NCBI GenBank assembly: GCA_000388065.2
Contig: KB932206.1
Direction: 5' to 3' (one strand)
Length of the DNA stretch: 64,000 bases
From: Fonticula alba ATCC 38817
Taxonomy: Eukaryota > Protista > Nucleariida
Positions 13,301-26,147 of the stretch are shown piece by piece. Numbering within the stretch: the first letter of the stretch is position 1; each line of letters begins with the position of its first letter. The notes under the pieces were generated by a model. That model worked only from the letters and a program-made list of their open reading frames with translations, made no database searches and was not told where the DNA came from. The translations under genes were made by a program, and so were the position numbers.

Positions 13301-14205
13301 CCGGGGCCAGGGGCCGTTTGCGCCCCGGCCGGCGGCTCCGGGCAAAAGGAAGACGGCAGCTGGAAAATGGGAAAGCGCGCGCGCGCGCCCGCGCGAATGT
13401 GCACGAAAAATGGAAGACGACGGCGCTGCAGAGCCCCAGAGCCAGAGACGCGGGGGGAGAGGCGGGGCGCGCGGGTGGGGGGGCGCGAAGGGAGCGGGAC
13501 CGGGAACCTGAGGCACAATGCGCGCCCCAGCCGGGGCCTAGTCTTGCGGTCCGGGGGACGAACCGGGCCAAAGGGCCCCCTTTTTCTCCCCCACACCCTT
13601 CTTGAGACCGCCCGGCCCCGGGTGCGGGTGCGTGTATGTGGTGCTTGCGCTCGCACAACCAAGGAATCAAGTTCGCGCATGCGCGCGCGTTCCCGCCCGT
13701 TCCCCCCCCCCCCGCCCGTCCCCCCGCCCGCCCTGGGCCCCCAGCATTGTCCGCGGGATGGCGACGGCACAGATTTCGGCCACGATATACGCCGACTTCC
13801 CCGGCCGCAGGGGGTGCCTTCACCCGTCCACCACTCATCCCCTGTTTCCCCCCTCCCTTCGGCTTTTTGCTCTCCCTCGCCACCGGCCGGGTCCACGCTC
13901 CCTCCTCCCCTCCCCCTCGCTCTCCTGTTTCTCCCCTCCCCTCTCCCTCCTTCATCCGTCTACCTCCTCGCTTCGCGCCTGCTCGCTTCCTGGTTCGTTG
14001 TTGGTCCACCCTTTCGCCTCGATCTCCCCCATCGCGGCATCGCCACTGACCCGCTGCTGTGAGACCAGCCCGCCGGCGCACCCTCGTCCTCCTCCTCCAC
14101 CCCCTCCGAGGGACTCCCCCTGCGGCCGCCGCCGCCGCCGCCGCCGCCGCCACTGCCCTCGATTTCCTGCTCCTCCCCCTGTCCTTCTCCCAGGACCCGG
14201 AAAGC

Positions 14206-15195
14206 ATGTCGCATCACCCACCGCCGCCCCCTCACCCGACCGTTCCGGGGCCGGCAGGTGCCGGGGCCAGCAGCATGCCCGACCACATGGCCACCGGCTT
14301 CCGGCATGCCGGTGGTCAGCAGCAGCCGCAGCAGCCGCAGCAGCCGCAGCCGCAACAGCCGCACCACTCGCACCATCACCACACGGCAGCACCATCACCC
14401 ATGCATTATCAGCAGCACGCCTCCGGGCCGCAGGCATCGCACCATCCCCTTCCCCACCACTCTGCGCAGGTCATGGGCCATGGTGGGCACCATGCGGGGC
14501 ATATGATGCCCGGTCAGCCAGGCGCCGGGATGGACATGCACCGGATGTCCATCCAGACGCCATCGGCTCCGGCCGGGGTACCAGCCAGAGGCCTTCCCCC
14601 TCCCGGCGCGCCTGGCTCCAGCATGCGTCCATACATGCCTTCCTCCTCGGGCCAAGGAGCTGCTCCATCGGCCGACATGCATGGCACACAGCTACAGCAT
14701 GCACCCGCTCACCATGCGCCTCCTGGGGCCGCACACCACCGTGCCACCTCCGCCACAGCTGCCGATGCCATGGCCGCGGCTGCGGTTGCTGCTCAATATC
14801 ATTCCTATGCCGGGCCTCCTTCGGCGGCGGCGGCCACGGCGGCTGCCGCTGCCGCCGCGGCGGCGGCCGCCGCCGCGGCCCAGCACCATTCGGCCCAAGC
14901 ACCGGCTGTGCATCATGGCCACCATTTTTCTCAATCCCCCTCGACGGTAGTCCACACGATGCAGCAATACCCCTCGGCTCAGGGACCTTCGCACAGTAAT
15001 CTGCACCTGCAGTCTAATGGGCAATTGCGTGGTGCCACGACCGTCGCCGACATGGTCTCGATGCAGGCACAAACGCAAGCTCAGGCACAAGCTCAAGCAC
15101 AGGCACAAGCACAGGCACAAGCACAGGCACAAGCGCAGGCACAAGCGCAGGCACATGCCCATGCCCATGCTCATGCCCAAGCGCATGCCCAAGCG

Positions 15196-15248
<53 letters not shown>

Positions 15249-18200
15249 CCAAGCACAGGCACATGCTCATGCCCAAGCACAAGCCCATGCCCAGGCTCAA
15301 GCCCATGCCCAAGCCCATGCCCAAGCCCATGCCCAGGCGCGTAGCCCGGAGGAGTACGCCGGTTTCGGCGCAGGCGCTGCTGGATCGACCGCCGGTGGGG
15401 CTCCCTCGGCCGCCGTCTCAGCCACAACGCATGCTCAGCGCCCATCGACCCACCACCAGCAGTCGCATCCGCCCCATCGCCCGATGCCGGGCCAAATGCC
15501 GCAGCAGGCTCACCAGCACCATGCGTCTCTGGCATCCAAGGGCCAGGCCTTCACCCAGCCAGGCCAGGGACATTCGGCACATGCTGCCGGGGCTCCGGTG
15601 CAGCATTCCCAGCAGCATCCTCACTCGCATTCCCAGCAGTCCTCCTCGGCAGGCATGGGATCCTACAATCAAAATGCGGCCCTCGGCGCACGAAAGGTGC
15701 CCCCCTCGCCGCAGCTTCATCCCTCCCACGGGGGTGTGACCCAGTCCGCGCCGGGGCCGGCGGTTGGAGGTCGACCAGGCCCGAGCCCCAGTCCGAGCCC
15801 TGGGCATAGCTACTCTGCAGCCGCCGCGGCGCCAGCCGTACCGGGGCACCATCCCCACGCCCATCCCCACCATCCTCATCTCCATCAGCATCAGCCGCAG
15901 CCGCAGCCGCAGCCGCAGCCGCAGCCGCAGCCGCAGTCGCAGCCTGGGCAGCAGGGCCAGCAGTCGCTGACGTCTCTACCTCTGCCGCACCAGGCGCCGC
16001 AGCAGCCGCAGCAGCCGCTCCCACCATTGCCCCCGGGTCAGCAGCTGAATCGAGCCGGCCCGGGCTCCCGGGTGCCCGGACCAGTTGGCAGCTCGCCCCA
16101 TCCGCAGCAGCCGCCCTCGCCCTTTGGTCCGGCAGGGGACATGCCCACCGGTTCTCTGCCTGGCACATACCCGGGCCAGGTGCCGGCCCAGCCGCAGCCG
16201 CAGCCGCAGCCGCAGCAGCCGCAGCAGCCGCAACAGCAGCCGCAACAGCAGCCGGCTCCCTCGCCAAGCGGATATCCGTACGGGGCCGGAGGCGGCGCGG
16301 TTCTGGCCGGTTCAGCTCCGGGTAGCTCTCCGCACTTCCCGAGCCCCATGCCACCGGTCGACCCGCAGGCTCTGCCGGGTGCAACCCCGGCTGCTGGGGC
16401 CGCGGGAATGGGCTTTTTGCCAGGTCGGTCCCCGGCCCAGCCGGGCTCTCATCTTCCCTCCCCTTCGCAGGGGGTCTACGGGGGGGCCGATTCGACCGCC
16501 GGCCCGGCCGGGGGTGGTCTCCTGCCGCGTGGTGCCCAGCCAGCCATGAATCCCTCGTCGTATGCCTCGTACTTGGTTTCACCGGCGGCCTCGGCCCCCG
16601 GGCCCGGGGTCCTGCCGACCCCCCCTCAGCCGGGGCACGCCTTGGCGGGCTCTCATGCACCGGGAGGGGGGCCTGTTGCTCCCGGATCCGGATATGGCCA
16701 GCCGGTGGCCTCGGGTGCTGGCTATGGCGGCTTATCGGTGGCCGGTACTCCGGGGGGCATGTCACCGGCTCGGCCGGGCAGCTCCCCGCATCCGGGATCT
16801 GGCGTGGGTTCGGCTGGCTCGGTCCTGCCGTCCCCCTCGCCGGGCCAATCTCCCGCGCACCCGGGGCTTGAGTATGGCCCTCTTCGGTCGCCGCACCCTG
16901 GGCCGCCGGGGGCCACTTCGGCTCCCGGAATGGGGTCTTCACGCCCTGGGGCCGACTTCCCTCGGCCAGTGGCCCCGGGTGATGGGCCTGGCGGGCAGTC
17001 GGCTGTTTCCAGCCCGGGCCATGTTATTCAGCCCTCCCCTCGACAGCTGCCGTATGGCGCGGCCGGCGGGCCAGCTGCTCCGACATATCCCCATGCTCCG
17101 GGTGTTTCGTCGGCGCAGCAACAGGCCCAGGCTGCGGGGCCTCCGTCGTCATCCTCCTCTTCCTCGTCGCAGTCGTTTGCTCGGAAGACCCCTTCACATC
17201 AACAGCCGCAGCCGCAGCCGCAGCCGCAGCCGCAGCCGCAGCCGCAGCCGCAGCCGCAGCCGCAGCCCTCACACCCACATCATCCACCGCACCACATGCA
17301 ACCGCCATCGCCCATGCAGCAGCCATCGCCCATGCAGCAGCCATCGCCCATGCAGCAGCCATCGCCCATGCAGCAACCGTCGCCCATGCAGCAGTATCAT
17401 CCACAGGCCGGTCCTTCGGCAGTGCCTCCGACTGCCGGCGCGGTGGCCGGGCCCCGCCATCCGAGCGTGCCCCCGGGAGCGGGTGCCGCGACTGGGCTTG
17501 TGCCATCACACCAGTCACCTGGTGGGTTCCGCCCTGGCGATCGTCCCCCCGCTGCCGGGCAATTGGTCGGCAGCGTGCGTCCTGGCTCGACCAGTGGCTT
17601 CCCCGAGCATGAGCATGTCGGCTATCTGCCACGCTCGGCGGCCTCCGCCCCGGCAAGTCAGCTGCACCATGTCCCCTCGCAGCCGATGCCTCCGGTGGCA
17701 CAGCACCCATCGCAGCTTCCCTCTCCCCACCAACGAGACATGGGTTCCTCGCTGACGGCCCCCAGCCCTGGCTCGATGTCCGTCCCGCATGGGCATCTGC
17801 CAGGCAGCATGGGAGTTGGTGGCACTGGTCATGGGCCTTCTTCCTCCATGGTTGTGGGTCCAGTGTCCCAGCAGCCCCATGTGCAACAGTCGCCTGCAGG
17901 GGGAGGTCCCTTGGTTTCGGCCCATGCTGCTCCCTCGCCGTATCAGCCGCCCACTTCGGGCGCTGTGGACCCGAACACTGGGTATCCGGTTTCGGCCGAT
18001 GGCCGGCCCTTCCTCCCAGGACAGTCGCCCATGTCAGCCCAGGCTGCGCAGCATGTGAACTTCCCACAGCCGCAGCCCGGACATCCCCAGCGGCAGCCCC
18101 ACCCGAATCCATCCGACCCGCAATCTTTCCAGCATCATCCCCATCAGCGGCAACCTCAACCGATGCCGCCGTCGTCGCAGCAGCTCCAGCACCCGCAGCA

Positions 18201-18872
18201 TCCGCAGCAGCTCCAGCATCCGCAGCAGCTCCAGCATCCGCAGCAGCTCCAGCATCCGCAGCAGCTTCAGCATCCGCAGCAGCTTCAGCACCCGCAGCAC
18301 CTGCAGCACCCGCAGCACCCGCAGCACCCGCAGCACCCGCAGCACCCGCAGCACCCGCAGCACCCGCAGCATCCGCAGCACCCGCAGCACCCGCAGCACC
18401 CGCAGCACCCGCAGCACTCGCAGCACTCGCAGCACTCGCAGCACGCACAACACCCGCAACAGCGTTCACAGCATCCACAGCACTCGCAGCACGCACAGCA
18501 CATGCAGCATCTGCACCGCACGCATCCGCAACACCCACAGCAGCAGCATCCACAGCAGCAGCATCCACAGCAGCAGCATCCACAGCAACAACATCCACAG
18601 CAACAGCATCCACAGCACCTGCAACATCCACAGCATTCGCAGCACGCACAGCACCCACAGCAACACAAGTTCCCCCCCCACATGGCTGCTGGCTCGTCTG
18701 TGCCGGGATCTTCCTCTGCGATGCCATCACACCTGCATCAGCAACCGGGCCTGGCACATTCCGAGGGGTTCACCACCAGGCCAGGGAATGTCCCTTCGCA
18801 AGGTCCATTCCCTGGAGGCTCACTTGCTGGGAGCTTGACTCCAGCTGAGGGACCTCTCTCGCCAGCGCTTGG

Positions 18873-18932
<60 letters not shown>

Positions 18933-21315
18933 GCAGCAACAACAGCAGCAACAGCAGCAGCAACAGCAGCAGCAACAGCAGCACCACCAGCAGCAGCAGC
19001 ACCACCACCACCAGCAGCAGCACCACCACCAGCAGCACCCGCAACACAAGCAGCAGCAGGTGCAGAAGCAGCAGCCGCATCCAACTTCGTCAATCCCCAT
19101 CCAATCCCCTCCAGCCGGGGCCGGACCAGTGTCACATTCCTCACACCCACAGGCTCCACCTGATCAGATGGCCATGCAGGGCGGCTCACGGGCGCAATCT
19201 CCCTCAACAATTGCACACGATGGTGCTGGCCGAATGCCGGCCATTCGCGCGGTCCGGCAGTCGCCGATGGCTGCGTCCCCTGGAGGCCTCCCCCCGGGGA
19301 TGATGCATCCTTCGGCCGGAGGCCCAGCTGGCGTGTCCGGCCCCCCCGCCGGAGTGATGGTTCACCCGCCGGCGATGGCCCCCCCGTCGGTGGGTCCGTC
19401 GGCCGTACCTCCTCGAGTGCAGCACAGTGCCCTGACCGCTGGAAGTCCGCACATCCAGGCATCCGGCCCGGAGTCCATCAGCGACATGGTCCAGGCGGAT
19501 CCGACCACCGCCGTGTCAAGTTACGACTCGAGCCTCTCCTCGGCGCACCGGGTGTTTATCACGCGCCCCAGCGAGCTCGGGGTTGTGACGCCGGCTCTCA
19601 CGGTCCCGCCCCATGCCCCGGCACAGGCTTCCCCCTTCCAGAATGAGCTCCGAAACATCCTGGCTGCCTTCAGCATTCAGCTGTCCACTCTGCCACTGGC
19701 CCCGGGCTTGGAGCCTTGGGGCAGCGGCGGCTGGAGCAATGGCGGCTGGGGCGACAGCAAGATGGACATTCCGTCCGATGCGGCCAGCAAAGTGGAGAAG
19801 ATTGTCCAGGACCACATCTGTTCTCTGGTGCGTAGGTGCCTCGCGCCGTCTTCTTTTTCCTCGTCTGAGTTTGCCTCCCCCCCCCCCCCCCGGATATTCC
19901 CCCAGCCCTGGCCCCCTTCGTCGCCCCCTGATCTAACCTCGCTTCCTCGTTTGTGCCCTCCTCCTCGGCTGATCGCGCCCTGCTCGGGTCTTCCTCCCTC
20001 GGCTTCCCAGATTTCTTCCGTCATCCAGGACAACCAGTCGCTTCATATCTCCCCTTCGGACATCATTCGCGCGGTCGACGCCTCGTCGAATGATCTCTTC
20101 ATGAACATCAGCCTTTCGCAACGCCTGCGGCATTTCCTGACCTTCGCCCAGTCGGACATGTCCAATCTTCAGACTCACCTGCTCATGTGCCATCTTCTGT
20201 GCACGCCGCTTCCGCCGAACCTTTTCTCCCACGGGGCCGATCTCAGCTTCGGTCACCAGGGCCCTGCATCGGCATCGGCATCGGCATCGGCAGCCAGCCC
20301 GGGTTCGGGGTCCGACGCAGGTAGCCCGCCCGGTAGGGTGCCACGTTCCACCGCCGCCGCCATGGCGGCCACTACCACCGCCAGCATGCTGGGCCTGGAA
20401 TTGAACTCCGGCGGGGTTTCGTCGGCCGGGCCGGCCGGTGCCGAGCTTGGGGTTGCCTTCTTCCCCGGGGCCAGCGACCGGCGGCGGCCGCGCTACCCTC
20501 CCCAAGGGTCCATTTCGGAAGATCTCCTTGGGGGTCTGGGGCTGGAGGAGGAATCCCAGCCCCGGCGCATGCGCTTTGCCCCCGAGTCGGGTGCCCCGGC
20601 GTTTGGCTCCTCGGTCGGATGCCTGCAAGCCCCGCGCGACTCCGAGGCCAAGTTCTGCCGATCATGCAGTGCTCTGATTGAGCGCTTCACGCTGGAAGAT
20701 GTGTCACTCACCATGGGCAAGGCCACGAAGTTGGACGCCTGGCTGAAGATCAACTTCGATCCGCAGCCCTTTGTGCTGGATATGCTTGGCATCATTGTCA
20801 CCGATGCCATCCGGCGAATTGCCCTGACTGCTCTGTTCATTCGTGTGCGTATGCCCTCTCTGCTGATCATTGGGGCCCTTTTTTTTGTCCTTCCCCCCTC
20901 GCTCTGCCGGGCCCCGTGTCTGTGGCTCTTCCCCTCTACACGCCCATCGTCCGGCTTTCACAGTGCATTGACTTGCTGGCAAATGCCTCCCCATTGGGCC
21001 CTATCCTCGCTCCCTCCCCCCTTTCCCTCCCCTCCTCCCCCCCCCCTCTCTCTCCCCTCCTCCCCCGATTTCTGTCTCCAGCGCGAGGCCGTTCAAAACT
21101 CCATCGTTCGAGGCACCCGGCGGAATGAGCTGCGTCCTGAGCCCCTTGCTTCGAGCATGATCGACGAGTCTTATCGGAAGCTGTCCATCAAGCCGCCCGC
21201 TCCCCTGCCACTATTCCATTCAATGGGCTCGGCGCTGCATGTGCCTTCCTCCAACCATTGGTCGCCTTTCTGTGTGCCTTTCCCCGCTTTGGTGGAAGCC
21301 CCGCCACCGCGGTAG
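14206..21315 (+). CDS. SPT3: SAGA subunit Spt3/SUPT3H-like double histone fold at the C-terminus, preceded by ~1800 aa of Q/H/P/A-rich low-complexity sequence
   Basis: Motifs FQNELRNILAAFS, IPSDAASKVEKIVQDHICSL, HISPSDII, QRLRHFL, DSEAKFCRS, KATKLDAWL, PQPFVLDMLGIIVTDAIRRIALTALFIR and PLASSMIDESYRKL occur in the order of the Spt3/SUPT3H motifs as I recall them. Introns at 19828-20010 and 20845-21081 (GTGCGT..CAG, phase 0). An upstream coding exon at 12919-13188 is possible. Confidence 0.75.
15077..15337 (+). repeat. Coding (AQ)n/(AH)n dipeptide repeat, including a perfect (GCTCAG)n run
   Basis: Visible gcacaggcacaa and gctcaggctcag tandem units encode QAQAQAQAHAHA. Confidence 0.95.
17299..17388 (+). 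repeat. Five 18-bp coding tandem units encoding Q(P/Q)PSPM
   Basis: cagcagccatcgcccatg repeated with minor variation. Confidence 0.95.
18184..18660 (+). repeat. Coding 9-bp/18-bp/15-bp minisatellite encoding (QHP)n, (QHPQQL)n, (QHS)n and (QQQHP)n
   Basis: cagcacccg and cagcatccgcagcagctc arrays are visible in the sequence. Confidence 0.95.
18874..19030 (+). repeat. CAG/CAA polyglutamine tract (~35 Q) followed by Q/H runs
   Basis: Long (CAG)n run directly visible. Confidence 0.95.
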
Positions 21316-21715
21316 AGCATACCCATTTTTCCGTTGTCCTTGTGTCTACTGAGCGAGTGCGTGCGTGCGCGCCGTAAATCATGCCGCCCGTATGCCGCTC
21401 CTTCCGTCCTCCCTTCCGGCTTTGCGCCCCCTTTTTGTCCCTCCTCCTTTCTCTCCCCCCCCCCCCCCTCTATCTCCATCTATCCCTCCCTCCCGCTCCC
21501 CTTTCCTTTCTCCACTCCCTCCGGGAATATACACTCCCCTTCATGTTTCTTGCTTCCTCCATCACCTTCTCACTGGCCAGCTAGCCGGTTGCTTCTATGG
21601 ATGTATTTGCATCACACTTGGGCACGGCACTGAGGGGGGCCCGCCCAAATGCCCCAAGGGTTCAACATGGGTCTTTTTTTTTTGCCCTTTTCCTCCCCCT
21701 TCAACGGAGGCGCCT

Positions 21716-24700
21716 TCACCCGGTGGCCGCATTGCTGTTGCCATCACTGCTGCCACTGGTGCTAACGAGAGAGGGCGATCCGGGTGCCGGAGGCTGGAGC
21801 AGTCGCGCCACATCCAGCATCGCAGCTGCAAGACAGTCGCGATCATTGGCCGAGAGGTGTCGCGCGGAAAAGTAAAGCAGCGCATGTGCCAGACCGCCGG
21901 CGGCCGGGGTGCCGCGACGGAAAGACCCGCCAGGGGTCTCCCCAAGCATGTGGCATGTCAGCCAAATGCCTCGTAGCAAATCCCCCAGCTGAGACCCGGG
22001 AGCCCGAAGGAGAAGCAACAGTCGACCAAGGGTGTCATCCAGTTGCAGGGTCAGGAGCAGTTCCAGCGAGCGGTCCGGTGCCCGAGCTGGCGGAAGGAAG
22101 CCCGCCACCGGGGCGGCAAATTCGTCGCCCTCCTGTCGGGACAGAATGCAAAGGCGTTGGATCAGGGCCCCGGCGGCCCCCTCCCCGGCCTCCGGGAGGA
22201 GGGCCTCCACCGCATGTCCCAGGGACTCCAGGGCACCGGGGGGGCCATTGCCGGGGTCCGCGCCGTCAAGGAGGGTCCACAAGAGCGGCAAGCAAGCCAA
22301 GGCCAGGTGCTGCTGGAGCTGCTGTTGCAACAGTGGGGCTTGCTCCTGGCAGAAGTCCCGCGAAACGGCCATGTCGCCGGGGTCGGTCATCTGGATGCCT
22401 GGCGTGGCGGCCAGCAGGTGCTCGAGCCCAGCAGCCGCCGGGCGGAAAAGCCAATTGAACGGACTGTCGCCGGCCGCCGGCGGGACCAGCGTTCCAGGGC
22501 CCGGGACCCCCGGCCGCCGAGGGCTGAAGGACTCCTGGCCCGAGGGACGGGGAGAACCGGCAGCCGAGGGGCCCACCGAAGTTGGCGACATCGACGGAGC
22601 CACGCCCTCGGGAGATCCTGGCGTGGTGGGGGTGCCGCGATCGATGGACAAATCAATGGCAGCAAGGGGGTCCACCGAAGTGCCAATGCGCCGGCGTCGC
22701 CGGGCAGGTCCGGCCCCATCGTCCGGATCGTCCGCATGCGGACGCTTGCCGGCACCCGGCGTGTCGGGCCTCGCATCCGACCAGTCCCCGGTGTCCGGGG
22801 AGCTGGGCGGCGGAGTGGCGGGAGCCACGGCGTCCGGTAGCTGTGTATCTGCCATGCCAGTGGTAGTTGCAGCTGTGGCAGCCGGAGCAGCAGCCGAGGC
22901 GGGCGCAGCAGCAGTGGTTCCCGGCGGGGCAGCGGCAGTGCCGCCGCCTCCGGAAGATACGCTGGAACGCCGGCGCGAATGCCGGGACTCCGACATGCCA
23001 CGCGAGTCGGGCCCCAGGCCCCGACGAAGGGCGCCCCCCTCGTCGGCCTCATCATCGACCGCCACATCGCGATTGCGATAGGGATTGCCGAAGTAATTGC
23101 GCCGGCCGGTTTGTCCGGAGCCGCCAGGGGCCAGTGCCTCCTCGACCGGCCGAAGCGACCGGGTGCTGGCGAGGATGGCCTGGTAATTGCCCATTTCCCC
23201 GATGGGTGCGCTATTTCGGGCGCCTGTTCGGGCCGAGATCAGCCGGAGAGCCGAGTCAGCAACACGGGCAGCGGGGCCGGGAAAGGGAAGGCGAAAGTGG
23301 GATATATCGAGCGAGGCTGCCTCCCCCCCCCCCCCCCCCCCCTCCCCCCCCACTTGCAAATGGCGTATGCTAGCTCGTACCGGACAAGATATCCAACAGG
23401 TCCGGCGCGAAGAGGGTCCCGCGCATGAGCGACAGTGACTGAAGGAGGTGCTTGCGACTGAGGGGCGGGCCGCCAGCCGGGCCGGCCGTGGCGGTGGGCG
23501 AGAGGTTGCCCGCCGGGCCGGCCGCCGGGCCGGCCAAGCCCCGCTGCTGGGCCCACAAGCGCCGGGCCTCGGTCAGATTGATCACGGACGAGGAAAAGGC
23601 GAACGTGGCCACCAGCAGCGAGGAAAAGGGATCCAAGATGGCTGGCGGGGTGACCGAGTCCAGGTTGGTCAGGTGCTCGGAGGCATGCTTGCGCAGCCGT
23701 TGCAGCCGGTGATGGAGGCTGGCTCCGGGGATGGTGTCCACGCGTGCCGACAGCAGGTGTCCGAAGCCCGCGTCCTTGAGGATGGTGTGGATGGACTGCA
23801 GGAGATGGGATGGAAGGGGGAGATGGTGAGACCGGGAGGGGAGCGGCAATCGAGGGAAGCAGGGCAGGGCGAGGAGGCGGCAGGGAGGCCGGTGAGTTGG
23901 TGCGCAGGGATCAGGTTGCGCGAGCGCTTGAAGGGGTGACGAAAAGAGTCGGATCAGGGGGTCCGAAGCAGGAGATGCCAATGGCGCACCGGCTGGAGGG
24001 ACATCGGGACAGAGGCCAAGTAGTCCTTGACAAATGTGGCCGTCGTGTCGGAGTTGATGGCATTTGAGAGGGAGCACACTGCATCAACGAGGGGAAGGGG
24101 GAGAGAGGCGGGCAGAGAGGCAACGGAGAGGATCCGAGTCAGGACATGTGGGAAGACCGACAGCAGGGAGGAAGGAGGCATCAGCAGCAAGGGGACGGGT
24201 CGGACCGATATGCTGGAGCATCGGAAAGTTGTAGGGCATGATGCAGAGCCGCAAGCGGCCAGCATCAAAGCGCAGGTAGCCAAAGGGCCGGCTGAGTGCG
24301 GGATCGGCGCCAGAACCACCGCCCGGGCCTGACGCGGGGGAGGCCCCGCCCTCGGGATCCAAAAAGTTACCCTCAGGATCGCAGCGCCGAGTCGATCCGC
24401 GGAGGAAGACATACCAGCACTTGTGGGAGGTGGCATAGTGCACCAGCGGGAAGGTCAAGGCACAGGTGGATATCTCATACTCGTCGGGCGTCACACCTGG
24501 GATGATGGGGATGCTGCGGAATTGGGAGTTGGTCGATAGCAGAGGGTGCGCAGTGCGCGGAGGCTAAGCCCGGAGGGTAGAGAGCGGGGTACAGGGGAGG
24601 GGGGAGGGGGGGAGGAGGAAGGAAAGGCAACCGGCCAAGCATCCCGGGTCAGATGGATCGGAGTGAGCAAGAGAGAGAGCGAGAGAGCGAGAGAGAGAGA

Positions 24701-26147
24701 GAAAGGCAAGCAGGTGGCCCATGGACCAAGGGAGGGCGAGCGTACAAAGGAGTTGTGCGAGGCTTCCGGGAGGAAGGACTCGGGGATCGGCCAGGCTGCG
24801 CTATTTCGACTGGGATCCGCCTTCAGATAGACATAGGCCGAGTGCCGGAGGTTGGGATGGCCTGGGCGCGGGAGACATCGCAAGGGACAGCATATTGGAG
24901 CCGGGTGAGGAAGTGCACATGCATGCATACGCGCGCGATCACCACCATACTAAAACACAAGGAGAGGGCAGGCAGGAGCAAGAGAGGCACGCGTGTCCAG
25001 GGGCGGCGGCCCAACGCACGGACGGGGTCCTCGAGGAGGACGCGAAAGCTGGGCCGAGTGAAGAAGGGCTCCGCCGCGCCGGCCGACTCGACAATCGGCA
25101 CGGCGGCCAGCGCCTGGGTCGAGGCAGCCGTAGGCCCCGTGGGAGAGACGAGCCCCGGAAGCTCGGCCACCAGGCCGGCCAGGGTCTTGGCCGACAGGGC
25201 CTGGGTAGAGGGGGCCAGGCCGAGGAGCTCGTCCACGGCCTGTTGCACGCGGCGCAGGGTCGGGGCCAGGAAGGCCCGGCCGCCGGAGGACCGAACCAAG
25301 CGCGACAGGTTGCCCCCATTCACCGGGGGAGCCATGGGGCTGGGACGTGCGGAGCCCGCGGCAGCCGGGATCGGCGCTTGCCGGGCCAGCCGAAGTGCAC
25401 GTGCCAGCCGTTGGGTGGACCCGGCAGCCATGCCGGCGGTGCCGGGCCCGGTGCCTTCCGCGGCCAGGCAAATGTGGTACACCCGGTGATCCCACCGGAG
25501 GCAAGTGTCGAACAGTTGACTGTGAATGGAACCCTGCGAGTAGCCGACACCGGTTGAGGGGCAGGAAAAGTCCACCGGGCTGGCGACCAGCGGCGGTCGG
25601 TCGCCCAGCTCCGACCGAGCGCCGGTGACTGGGCCCGGGCCGCCGCCGGCCGAGAAGACCACAACCGCTGCCGGCTCGGTGAAGGTCAGATTCCGGCCAT
25701 GGCCAACGGTGTCGGTGTTGATCTGCGCGCGGAAGGAGGCAATCATGTTGAAGGCGAAGTCCAGCGCATGCGTCGGGTCCGAGGGGCCGGTATGCGTGGC
25801 CCGCAATCCACGCAAGGCCGCCTGAAGCTGGGACAAGTTGTTCCGATAGCCGGTCTTCAGACACTCGGCTCCGGGTTCGAAGGTCATCAAAATGAAGCGG
25901 TCCGCCTCCTTGCGCTGCTGGGTGGTTCGCTGAGAAAGCGGGCATCGGGTGAGCTGGGGCGAATTCCCCTCGACAGGGAGGCGGACGGGCAGACCGCCGG
26001 GCGGGCGGGCGGGCGGGCGGGCGGGGGTCAGCGCACCTTCTTGATGAAGTATTCAACTCCGGATTTGGCGTGGTCCAGGAAGGAAAGGTCGCCGCTCAGC
26101 CGGGCGCCCATCGCCACGTTGGTGTCGACGATGAAGAAAATGAGCAT
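21716..26147 (-). CDS. INTS6: Integrator complex subunit 6 (INTS6/DDX26B), multi-exon
   Basis: VWA start MLIFFIVDTNVAMGAR...FLDHAKSGVEYFIK, then DRFILMTFE, DTVGHGRNLTFTEPAAVVV, LRWDHRVY, AWPIPESFLP, RPFGYL...CIMPYNFPML, APIGEMGNYQ...YFGNPY...DEADE and a C-terminal LLLLRAPGSQ helix. All are collinear with INTS6. Confidence 0.9.

Noticed and set aside
7400-13900. Many 100-500 aa R/G/P/A-rich ORFs in the ORF track
   Set aside because: These are expected by chance at this GC content. They have no recognisable domains, and several read through N-gaps.
17299-18660. Regular short tandem arrays as a possible CRISPR or mobile element
   Set aside because: There are no unique spacers or cas genes; these are in-frame coding minisatellites of a eukaryotic low-complexity protein.
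18034-19100. Antisense poly-Cys, poly-Leu and poly-Ala ORFs
   Set aside because: They are shadow frames of the CAG/CAC repeats on the opposite strand.
19828-21081. Two stop-free introns with lengths divisible by 3 in Spt3 as regulated intron retention
   Set aside because: Stop-free introns are common in GC-rich DNA, and retention would break the histone folds. There is no further support.
25874-25880. GGTTCGA T-loop-like motif
   Set aside because: It lies within INTS6 coding sequence, with no cloverleaf or A-box context.
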